Assembly (NCBI GenBank): GCA_038204425.1
Contig: JBBRCZ010000005.1
Coordinates: 1 to 64,000 of the forward strand
Length of the DNA stretch: 64,000 bases
DNA from: Spirochaetia bacterium
Lineage (GTDB): Bacteria; Spirochaetota; Spirochaetia; DSM-27196; Salinispiraceae
Direction: 5' to 3'
Position 1 is the stretch's first letter. Each line of letters starts with the position of its first letter. Positions 1 to 8,725 of the stretch are shown one piece after another. The position numbers and the translations under genes were made by a program. Below the pieces are notes generated by a model. The model was not told where the DNA came from. It was given only the letters and a program-made list of their open reading frames with translations, and ran no database searches.

Positions 1-1829
1 AGCTCGGCCTTCCAAGTTTTTACTTCCACCTTGTCAGTGCCTTCTAAGGAAACCATAACCGTGTCTTTGACTTGGTCACCATTGGGCGAAAACCAGCCAT
101 TGTCTATCGTAATTCTGACGGGTGTTATTTGATTAATAAGCAGAATGTTGTCTAAGCGTGTTTCGCTGCTATTGCCAGCTCGGTCGGTCGATGTCAGTCG
201 ATAGCTATAAACTCCATCAGCAGCCACAGCACCACCGTCGGTCTGGCCGTTCCAGGCTGCCTTGGCTGGCAAGCCACCGGTCTCAGTCTTGGACGAAAAA
301 GTCTTTACTACCTTGCCTTGAGCATCAATCACTTCTCCCAGCCATTTATCTTCAGGACTTGATGCCTGCTCAAATATAAACTCTGGTCGGTCGCCACCTG
401 GTGCAAAACCACGGTTGTCCGGGGCTTTTAGCGTTAAGGCCGGCGCCACGGTATCGATAACAACCTTGCGCTCAGGGTTGATGCCAATGTTGCCATTGTC
501 ATCAACAGCCTCAACAAAGTATGCGTAAGTTCCATCAGGCACTACCTTGCCATCGTCTCCCAATCCATCCCACACCATCTGCTCGGGTATGGCAAGTCCG
601 GTCTTGGTTCGTACAAATCGTTCAAGCAGTACGTCAAGATTATTGTTCTCTGGTCGCGATTGCTTGTTACGGATAGTCCGTACTACTTCATTCTTATCGT
701 TCTTAATTATTAGTGCAAACGAGGTAATAAACCGTTCGTCGGTAATCGCCAATGGTAAGATCAACTCGTCTTGTACACCATTGAAGTTGGGACTCACGTA
801 AATCGTCTCAGCTGTTTGCGAAACAATCTTGGGTGCGTCTTTATCGATAACGCCAATTGGTACGTTTAGTCCAAGGCCAAATGCCCAGATGCCATTGCGA
901 ATCGGCGCTACCGTTAGACTCGGTCTAAACTCACTTTGATTGAGCACTGAGTTTTCATCAGCACCACCAGCGGTAGCAGCACTCAAGTTAAAGCCAATGC
1001 CAAAGGTCAACGGAACAGGTCGGTCAGTCCCAGCAACCATGCGTGCCACATCAAGGTCATACGAAAAAGCAAAATCAAAAACCTTAAACAAGCCAATGTT
1101 TAGGCCAGTGCTAAGTTGCAGGTTTTGAAAAACAGGAAAGCCCAGCTCGGCTGAAAACCCAAGTCTTATGTCTTGGGCATCAACAAAGTTAAAACTTGTC
1201 CCAATTACTGGCGTAAAGTTGGCAGGTACTCCACCAAAGTTTGTGCCCAAAACCTTACCAAGGTTTTGAAACGCCACACCCCACGAAAAATCGGTCAAAG
1301 GACCCGTGTCTTTGGGTCGATGCACAAAGCCAAGGTCCAATCCCAGGCCCCAATCCCCAGAAGGACTAAGGCTGTTAACACCATATTGAAATCCCAAACC
1401 AAAGCCAAAAGCTAGGTCGTCAAGCACATCCTTGGAAAAACCAAGGTTGATGCCGCCAAAAGTACCAAAGTCTAGACTGGTAAAGGGTGAGGTTGCAAAG
1501 CGACCTGATGCCGTCAAGACACCAATGTTAGTTGGTATACCAATCCCCAAATTGAGCCAATGGCCTACGCCACTTTCGGCTTCAAAGCCGGGTATCATAA
1601 AGTACGAAAAATCCAAGGTCGGGCGCTGGATAAAGGCCGAGGATGCGGGGTTGGCCGCATCGGCGCCCGGCGTTTCTCCACCACTTACCTTAGATCCTGA
1701 AGCCATCGTTCGCGGATTATACCAATCAAGCGCATTGTTTTGTGCGCTCAGGCTGATTGGGAGCAAGAGGCTCCAGATGGTAGCCACTACAACTGATCCA
1801 ACTATCAGCTTATTCTTTTTGTTCCACAT
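1..1829 (-). CDS. Large exported protein with FlgD-type Ig-like repeats (spirochaete OmpA/FlgD-Ig-like family); runs off the window start
   Basis: Missing from the ORF track because no stop lies in the window. Manual translation from ATG 1829 (AGGA upstream): MWNKKNKLIVGSVVVATIWSLLLPISLSAQ (signal peptide), later repeats with VSPNFNGVQD, WDGLGDDGKVVPDGTYAY, WNGQTDGGAVAADGVYSY, FSPNGDQVKD. Confidence 0.8.
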   Translation of the reverse strand, partial: MWNKKNKLIVGSVVVATIWSLLLPISLSAQNNALDWYNPRTMASGSKVSGGETPGADAANPASSAFIQRPTLDFSYFMIPGFEAESGVGHWLNLGIGIPTNIGVLTASGRFATSPFTSLDFGTFGGINLGFSKDVLDDLAFGFGLGFQYGVNSLSPSGDWGLGLDLGFVHRPKDTGPLTDFSWGVAFQNLGKVLGTNFGGVPANFTPVIGTSFNFVDAQDIRLGFSAELGFPVFQNLQLSTGLNIGLFKVFDFAFSYDLDVARMVAGTDRPVPLTFGIGFNLSAATAGGADENSVLNQSEFRPSLTVAPIRNGIWAFGLGLNVPIGVIDKDAPKIVSQTAETIYVSPNFNGVQDELILPLAITDERFITSFALIIKNDKNEVVRTIRNKQSRPENNNLDVLLERFVRTKTGLAIPEQMVWDGLGDDGKVVPDGTYAYFVEAVDDNGNIGINPERKVVIDTVAPALTLKAPDNRGFAPGGDRPEFIFEQASSPEDKWLGEVIDAQGKVVKTFSSKTETGGLPAKAAWNGQTDGGAVAADGVYSYRLTSTDRAGNSSETRLDNILLINQITPVRITIDNGWFSPNGDQVKDTVMVSLEGTDKVEVKTWKAE

Positions 1830-1880
1830 CTATACATCCTTATATCGCTTTGTCGTTTCCAGACGTGCTGTCCGGTTGCC

Positions 1881-3029
1881 TCATGGTAAAAAGTCGAGAT
1901 CCATTCCCATCCAATCTTTTGGGTCGGCCACTTTCTCTCCAATCATCCCAATTGGCACCACTACAGTGGTTTCTGCAACCAACCATTTCTTGCCCTCAAA
2001 TTCAAATCGGGCACCCTCACCGGGCATATCAACGCCCACCAAACTATGTTTGTGCACGGGGGATATCATCAAGATACTGTCAAAACCCATATACCTCAAC
2101 AAATTCATGTAAACGAGGCTGCGTGCGTCACAATCACCAAGTTTTGCGTAAGCCGCATCCAGCGGTGCGCGCAGATCCGAAAGTGAGTCAGGCTCCTCGT
2201 AAGTAAAACTCTGGACCCATGACAATAGTTTCGCAGGAATGTCGCTTTTTTTGACTTTTAGGTTGTCAAAGGCTTGTTTAAGGTCTGATGCCAAGCCCTC
2301 AAGCCTGCCAAAACTGTCCCGCCAGGTCAATTGATAGAATCTGCGCCATGCCTTTTTTTGTACTTCGGTCTCTGCTTTGACGTAGGCTAACAAAACTCTT
2401 GCTTCTCGTTCGATTACTGCTTGTGAGGCGTCAATCTGAACACTCCTGTCCTTTATAACGCCACCAGACCAGCCATCGTCGGCAATTAATTGGGAAATGG
2501 GTCCCGGCAAAAGTTGCCCTGCCAGATCGGATTGAAACGAATCAAGCAAGGATAGTAAGAAGTCATGATAACCTTCCCAGTCTTTGATCACTGAAAAGGC
2601 TAGAACCATAAAATTGCGTACTGAGCCTTCAATTGCCATTTGATAGCCTCTGACTTCGGTGCCACCATGATTCCAGGTTGCATCAGTTAAAATAGCGGGC
2701 CGCTTATTGTAAACAAAGCTGGATGTGCCTGCATCGGCTAAGGTTGACTTGAGCGTATTGACGATAAAGGCAGAAATGCCTTTGGCGTTGCTGCTCTCTT
2801 TCGGCCAGGAAAAAACTTGAAAAAATGCCATTTGCCGCGAGTCAGAAAACGAATAGAAGGACTTAGCCGAATCTATGTCGATAGGCTTCCACGTTTCCAC
2901 CAGGTTAAAACCCCAGGCTTCGGCTTCAAAAGTGACTTCTTCGGCGTAAAGAATTGAGGGAACTATGAGCAACGACGCGAGCAGAATGATCATCGCATTG
3001 CATTTGCTGGAAAAAAATGAGAGCTTCAT
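1881..3029 (-). CDS. Exported protein with C-terminal transglutaminase-like/cysteine-protease domain
   Basis: Signal peptide; GDCDARS followed by HSLVGV and VAETT resembles a transglutaminase-like catalytic core. Confidence 0.6.
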   Translation of the reverse strand: MKLSFFSSKCNAMIILLASLLIVPSILYAEEVTFEAEAWGFNLVETWKPIDIDSAKSFYSFSDSRQMAFFQVFSWPKESSNAKGISAFIVNTLKSTLADAGTSSFVYNKRPAILTDATWNHGGTEVRGYQMAIEGSVRNFMVLAFSVIKDWEGYHDFLLSLLDSFQSDLAGQLLPGPISQLIADDGWSGGVIKDRSVQIDASQAVIEREARVLLAYVKAETEVQKKAWRRFYQLTWRDSFGRLEGLASDLKQAFDNLKVKKSDIPAKLLSWVQSFTYEEPDSLSDLRAPLDAAYAKLGDCDARSLVYMNLLRYMGFDSILMISPVHKHSLVGVDMPGEGARFEFEGKKWLVAETTVVVPIGMIGEKVADPKDWMGMDLDFLP

Positions 3030-3118
3030 ACTTTATCTATCGACAAGTTTTTTCTTTAACCCTTGCTTTTTTCGCTTTTTTCTTCATACTGACTTGCACG
3101 CTTGTGGAGGTTTTTTAG

Positions 3119-4510
3119 ATGATTCAGACCGTTCGGCCACTTGGGCCAACACAGAACTTGGAAGGCAGCATATTAATTCCGGCCTCCAAATCACACACCA
3201 TTCGCGCACTACTTATCGCTGCACTCGCTGACGGACAAAGCACGATCATTAATCCTCTCGAGTCTAAAGATGCTCGATCTTGCATAGAAGCAGTAAAACT
3301 CTTTGGTGCACAAATAGAAGAAATTTCAGGAGAACCCTGGGGTGCTGCACGGGCCATCACAGTCCAAGGTATTGGTGGAACGGATGCTGCAGGAAAAAAA
3401 CGTGGCATACTTGCCAAAGCCGCCGAGAACGTAGTCGACACGGGTAACTCAGGAACTACACTTTATTTGGCTGCAAGTTTGGCGGCGCTCTCGCCAGAAT
3501 GGACTATCTTTACCGGCGACCACCAGATTCGTAACCGACCAATCGGCAAACTTTTGACTGCACTACGCGACCTCGGGGCACAAGCCATTTCTGCCAAAGG
3601 AAACGAATGTGCGCCGGTAATGATCCGCGGTCCAATAAAGGGTGGCAGCACCACGATTGAATGCCCAACCAGCCAATACTTATCTAGCCTATTGATCGCC
3701 CTGCCCTTAGCAGATGTTGAACAATGTGAGATCAATGTAACGCTTTTGCATGAGCAACCCTACGCAGAAATGACGCTGCGTTGGTTGGACGAACAAAACA
3801 TCAGCTATCAAAATGTGGACGCTGCATGGAAGAAGTTTATAATCCCTGGCCGCCAGAGCTACTCTAGCTTTAGCAAAGTAGTCCCCGGTGATTTTTCTAG
3901 CGCTACCTTTTTTGCTTGTGCCGCCGCCATTTGTGCGAGCAAGCTAACCTTGCTTGGCTTAGATATGAGCGACAGTCAAGGCGACAAGCAGGTCTTGCAG
4001 ATTCTCAAAGAAATGGGCTGCCTGGTGAGTTATGATGCCAAAGATTCTTCCCAAGGCATTACCGTTATTGGACCTGGTCATGCCGAAAACCCCAAGAAAG
4101 AACTCTTGGGTGGTAGTTTTGACCTCAACGATATTCCAGACGCTCTGCCTGCCCTAAGTGTTACCGCCGCCTATGCCAGCCAAGCTGTAGTTTTGGGCAA
4201 TGTCCCTCAAGCCCGGCTCAAGGAGACCGATCGCATTGCGGTTATGTGCCAAGAGCTCAAGAAAATGGGTGTCTTGATTGAAGAAATGCCTGATGGTCTC
4301 AAGATTAAGCCGTCTTCAAAATTGATACGAGGCACCACCGTCGATGGCCATGACGACCACCGCGTGGTGATGAGTTTGGCTTTGGCTGCTCTGCGAGCTT
4401 CGGCGCCAAATCGCATCAGCAGTGCAGAATCCGCCTCAGTTACCTTTCCTGATTTTTTTGAAATTTTGGCAAGACTCGGAGCCCAAACCGAAGAAGGACA
4501 TAGCTCATGA
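3119..4510 (+). CDS. aroA: 3-phosphoshikimate 1-carboxyvinyltransferase (EPSP synthase)
   Basis: Motifs PASKSHTIRA, GNSGTT, TSQYLSSLL, RLKETDRI, HDDHRVVM; GGAGG RBS. Confidence 0.97.
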   Translation: MIQTVRPLGPTQNLEGSILIPASKSHTIRALLIAALADGQSTIINPLESKDARSCIEAVKLFGAQIEEISGEPWGAARAITVQGIGGTDAAGKKRGILAKAAENVVDTGNSGTTLYLAASLAALSPEWTIFTGDHQIRNRPIGKLLTALRDLGAQAISAKGNECAPVMIRGPIKGGSTTIECPTSQYLSSLLIALPLADVEQCEINVTLLHEQPYAEMTLRWLDEQNISYQNVDAAWKKFIIPGRQSYSSFSKVVPGDFSSATFFACAAAICASKLTLLGLDMSDSQGDKQVLQILKEMGCLVSYDAKDSSQGITVIGPGHAENPKKELLGGSFDLNDIPDALPALSVTAAYASQAVVLGNVPQARLKETDRIAVMCQELKKMGVLIEEMPDGLKIKPSSKLIRGTTVDGHDDHRVVMSLALAALRASAPNRISSAESASVTFPDFFEILARLGAQTEEGHSS

Positions 4511-5232
4511 GAAAAAAAAATAGGCAGCTTAAAATCATGCGCGACTTCTCTCGCCGCGTTGACGAACTAGAAGCCATGAAGGCAAAACTCTTTATCTTTG
4601 ATGTTGACCATACCATTACCAGTCGTTCCACCGGTGTTCGCATGGGACAAGATGGCGTGCGACAAGGCCATGTTTCGCGCTGGGTGATTATGAAGTTTCC
4701 ACTGTATTATTTACGCTATCGTGCAGGCGTTTATAACTTGAACAATCTTCCTGGTGAACTTGCACCCTTTGTTGGCATTACCAAACAGACACTAGAATCC
4801 TGGGGAACATCGACCTTTGACCGGATCATTAAGAATGACATATTTCCTGAGGTTGAAGAACTCATCAAGCACCTGCGTGAGACTGGCAAGCACGTGATCT
4901 TGTGCACCAGTTCTGTCGACTTTATGGTTAAACATTTGGCAGAATACTTAAAGATTGATGAAGTTATTGCGACCAAGCTTGGTTTTGATGGCGACGTCTG
5001 CAATGGCAAGATACTCGGTATGCCGGCCTTTGGCGAAGGCAAGGTGCACTTAGTCAATGATTATATCAAAGAACATGGCATTGCTAAGGAAGACGTAGCT
5101 TTTTTCTCCGACAGCATCAACGACTTGCCACTCTTAAAGGAAGTTGGATTTCCCGTGCCAACCAACCCCGATCGACCCTTGCGTCGACGCGCAAAGGAAT
5201 CCAATTGGCCGTTTCTCGACTATCGAACTTAG
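4507..5232 (+). CDS. HAD-IB family hydrolase (SerB-like)
   Basis: FDVDHT motif I, FSDSINDLPLL motif IV; ATGA overlap with the aroA stop. Confidence 0.88.
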   Translation: MRKKNRQLKIMRDFSRRVDELEAMKAKLFIFDVDHTITSRSTGVRMGQDGVRQGHVSRWVIMKFPLYYLRYRAGVYNLNNLPGELAPFVGITKQTLESWGTSTFDRIIKNDIFPEVEELIKHLRETGKHVILCTSSVDFMVKHLAEYLKIDEVIATKLGFDGDVCNGKILGMPAFGEGKVHLVNDYIKEHGIAKEDVAFFSDSINDLPLLKEVGFPVPTNPDRPLRRRAKESNWPFLDYRT

Positions 5233-7187
5233 GCCAAAGTCTCAAAGAACACTTTGGCTTTGAATCGTTTCGTCCTTTGCAAGAGGATATTATCTCCGAA
5301 GTTATGCAGGGACGCTCAGCGGTAGCCATATTGCCGACTGGTGCCGGCAAATCGATCTGTTACCAATTGCCAGCCCTCTTGCTCGACGGTTGCACCATAG
5401 TCATTTCACCACTGATTTCCCTCATGAAGGATCAAGTTGATGGCCTTCTGGAGCGTGGCATAAAGGCGCTGGCCATCACTAGCCACGATACTTTGGAAGA
5501 AGCGAGACAAAAGCTAGCCAGCCTGGCCACGGGTCAGGCCAAAATAGTCTTTGTCTCACCAGAGAGATTGGGCAACGAGCGTTTTTTGTACGCCTGCTCA
5601 CAAAGTAAGATTTCTCTCTTGGCGGTTGACGAAGCTCACTGTGTATCGCAATGGGGCCACGACTTTAGACCAGAATACCGACTCATACCTGAGTTCCATG
5701 ACAAAATAGGCTCACCGCCCTTGATGGCACTTACCGCAACCGCCCAAGCCAAGGTTCAAATTGATTTGATGAAAGGGCTTGGCATTGAGCATGCGGCCAT
5801 GTTTAAAGCGAGCATTGATAGGCCCAACTTGTGGATTGGAATGCAGCATTGCGAAACCCAGCAAGCCAGACGCTCAAGTATTGCTTGGTTGATCGCCAAT
5901 CAAACAAGCGGCAGCACGATAGTCTATGCCACCAGTCGCAAGGATTGTGAAGAGCTGGCAGACTATTTATCACAAGCCCTGCCGCCCGAATACCGTAAGC
6001 AAGTAGCTTCCTATCACGCCGGCATGAATGCCGAAAAAAGAACCTCGGTACATAATCGATTTATGTCGGGCTTCCTCAAGGTGGTAGTGGCTACCAATGC
6101 CTTTGGTATGGGAATTGATAAAAGCGACATTAGGCAAGTAATACATGCCGGCGTCCCGGACAGTCTAGAAGCCTACTTTCAGGAAATTGGCCGCGCCGGC
6201 CGCGATGGACTCGGCGCGCGCTGCATGATGGTCCTATTGCCGGGTTCCGATGTAAAAAGGCGTGAGTTTTTGATGCGCGAAAGCTCTGACCGCCAAGCAC
6301 TTGCTCGATTTGCCAAAGTTCGTGACTGGGTTTGGCTTGGCGATCGCTGCAGACGTGGTTTTCTGCTGGACTACTTTGGAGATACACACGACGGGAAGAA
6401 CCCTGTTTGCTGTTCGACCTGTCATCCGCTGACCATCCCTGACAGCGCCCTCTACGCTGCAAAAACAATCAAAAAAAACTCAAAGACCACAAGTCCCAGC
6501 TCTCGCTCGCGTTCACCAGATGATGTTGCTCAGCTTCTAAGTGATGCACTTGCTGACCTACTCTTTGAACAACTGAGAGAATGGCGAGCGGCAGTAGCTC
6601 AAAAAGCCGATTTACCTGCTTACATCGTTTTTGGCGACCGTGACTTAATGGGAATTGCCCAAGCTGCCCCGGTGGATCTTGAGTTACTGGCTGCCTGCCG
6701 CGGGGTTGGCCCACACAAACTGAGTATTTATGGCCAAGACTTGGTGGAGATAGTTAAGTGCTTTGTTGCTACTTTAGCTCCTGGAAGTTTGCATCAGACG
6801 GCCGTAGTTCCACAGATGGAAGCCAAAAGAGAAAAAAAAACATTGCACCAGCTGCGCAAAAGTGCAGCGGCTTTGCTCGCGGCAGGAAGTGGTATTGAGG
6901 AAATTACCAAAAGGCTCGACCGAAGCGCTGATACCATAGTTCAGTACTTGTGCGACTGGATTGCTACGGCGCCCGATGACTCGTGGAAGGAAATACCACG
7001 CAAACTTTTGGGAAATGAAGACTATAGAATTATGAGCGCCCATTTTGCTAGCATGGCAGATCTTGAAGTGCCACTTAAATCCATCTACCAAATGTTTGCC
7101 GGTAGCTTCCACTATGACAAGCTTCGACTTGGTCTTGCCGTGTGGCAACATCGTGACTCACGCTCAAAACTTGGACCTACTGGCTAA
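5205..7187 (+). CDS. recQ: RecQ family ATP-dependent DNA helicase with HRDC domain
   Basis: PTGAGKSICYQLP, VDEAHCVSQWGHDFRPEY, QEIGRAGRDG, Zn motif CRR..CCSTC, HRDC (LREWR...PAYIVF). Confidence 0.92.
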   Translation: MAVSRLSNLGQSLKEHFGFESFRPLQEDIISEVMQGRSAVAILPTGAGKSICYQLPALLLDGCTIVISPLISLMKDQVDGLLERGIKALAITSHDTLEEARQKLASLATGQAKIVFVSPERLGNERFLYACSQSKISLLAVDEAHCVSQWGHDFRPEYRLIPEFHDKIGSPPLMALTATAQAKVQIDLMKGLGIEHAAMFKASIDRPNLWIGMQHCETQQARRSSIAWLIANQTSGSTIVYATSRKDCEELADYLSQALPPEYRKQVASYHAGMNAEKRTSVHNRFMSGFLKVVVATNAFGMGIDKSDIRQVIHAGVPDSLEAYFQEIGRAGRDGLGARCMMVLLPGSDVKRREFLMRESSDRQALARFAKVRDWVWLGDRCRRGFLLDYFGDTHDGKNPVCCSTCHPLTIPDSALYAAKTIKKNSKTTSPSSRSRSPDDVAQLLSDALADLLFEQLREWRAAVAQKADLPAYIVFGDRDLMGIAQAAPVDLELLAACRGVGPHKLSIYGQDLVEIVKCFVATLAPGSLHQTAVVPQMEAKREKKTLHQLRKSAAALLAAGSGIEEITKRLDRSADTIVQYLCDWIATAPDDSWKEIPRKLLGNEDYRIMSAHFASMADLEVPLKSIYQMFAGSFHYDKLRLGLAVWQHRDSRSKLGPTG

Positions 7188-7364
7188 ACGACCGATTATT
7201 TTAGTCGTTCCAGTACGGTAAAGTGTGCGGTTGCTGCATTAAAACTACCTAGGGCTCGCAGGATAGGCTCATCAAATGACTGCCGCCAGTTGGCGACAGA
7301 TCACAGCATCACTTACTGACTGCTTGTTATGGCAGGCTTGTTCTTCAATGTTTATATGGTCTCC

Positions 7365-8603
7365 TTATTGGACCTGCGCATTATTTTGCGCCTTTTCTTT
7401 CTTGATTGCTACAAAAAACAACACTGCGGCCGCACTTTGCGCCAACAAAGAAAACGCCACCATCGGCCAAGCGCCCAAGCCATCGTAAAGTGCACCTATG
7501 ATCACGCTACCAACAAACCACGCTGCCCCAAAAAGTGTGTGAAAGACTCCATAAGCGCGGGCACGCCTGTCTTCGCTCACTCGATCGCCAATAGCAGCTT
7601 TTAGGATAGATTCTTGGGTGCCAACGCTTATGCCCCACAATGCCATGCCAACCAGGATGCCGGGTAATGGTGCTAAGAACAAGAGTGGTGCAGTGCCAAT
7701 TTCTACCACAAACAAAACAGCTAAGGCCTTGAGGCCAAAGCGATCATACAGATAACCCACTACCATGGCGGCGGCAGCATCAACCGCCATCGCACCGGCA
7801 TACAAGAGTGGTATGGCAGCTTCTAGAAAAGTACCAGTCTTGGTAAGGTGCAATCCCACCAGCGGAAAGTCGGTGATGCCCATGGCAAGTAAGGCAGCAG
7901 CGCCAGAAATTAGCCAAAAGACCACGGGAAAGCCAGCTATGGCAAGTTGCGGCGTTTTGTTTGGTATTTCAAACTTTTCTGGATGGGGAAAGCGAAAACG
8001 CGCCACCACACAAATTGCCACCGCGAGTCCGGCTGGTACAAAGAGCCAAAGCAAACCTGTTTTGTAAACTTCTAAACTAGGAGAACCTTGGGCTGAGAAC
8101 AGCAAGCTAGAAAACAAAACAGGTCCAATAAAGGCTCCAATTTGGTCCATGGCCTCTTGCAAACCAAAGCCAAAGCCACTACCAGTTTGTTTGGCAGCGA
8201 AGCTAATCATGGCATCATGCGCCGGCTTGCGGACAGCTTTGCCTAGACGTTCCAAAAAAAGGAAAACGATTGCCAACTCCCATCCAGATACAAAGGCGAT
8301 CGCTGGAAGTGCCGAAAGCTGGATGATATAGCCACCGATGATAAACCACCAGTACTTTCGTGTGCGGTCTGCTAAGGCACCCGAGATGAGTCTAAAAGCA
8401 TAGCCCACAAACTCGCCGAGCCCGGCGGCCATACCAAGCGCCAAAGCGCTAGATCCCAATAATTTGAGATACTGGCCAACAACGCTGCGGCCGCCTTCAT
8501 AGTTCATGTCGGCAAAGAGACTAACTACACCGGTCAGTACTAAGAAAAAAACTGCAGCCCCTTTGCTATAGAGTCCTGTCTTCTTGTTTTCTATCGCTGT
8601 CAT
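7365..8603 (-). CDS. MFS transporter
   Basis: About 12 hydrophobic segments; GALADRTRK and GYLYDRFG MFS loop motifs. Confidence 0.9.
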   Translation of the reverse strand: MTAIENKKTGLYSKGAAVFFLVLTGVVSLFADMNYEGGRSVVGQYLKLLGSSALALGMAAGLGEFVGYAFRLISGALADRTRKYWWFIIGGYIIQLSALPAIAFVSGWELAIVFLFLERLGKAVRKPAHDAMISFAAKQTGSGFGFGLQEAMDQIGAFIGPVLFSSLLFSAQGSPSLEVYKTGLLWLFVPAGLAVAICVVARFRFPHPEKFEIPNKTPQLAIAGFPVVFWLISGAAALLAMGITDFPLVGLHLTKTGTFLEAAIPLLYAGAMAVDAAAAMVVGYLYDRFGLKALAVLFVVEIGTAPLLFLAPLPGILVGMALWGISVGTQESILKAAIGDRVSEDRRARAYGVFHTLFGAAWFVGSVIIGALYDGLGAWPMVAFSLLAQSAAAVLFFVAIKKEKAQNNAQVQ

Positions 8604-8725
8604 TTGGCGTCTCCTCAGAATTTATTATCTTTACAGAGATTAGTTGATGCTTACAAGTAGCTTTTTTAAACGCTGATGTCAAAACCAAGTCGACATTGGA
8701 CTATAGTTTGGTAGAGGTGGGAAGC

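Noticed and set aside
1432..2112. 226-aa plus-strand ORF
   Set aside because: Antisense to two better-supported minus-strand genes; no motif.
7190..7362. Possible gene remnant after the MFS gene (AAGGAG then ATA AAC ATT GAA on the minus strand)
   Set aside because: No valid start codon or recognisable motif.
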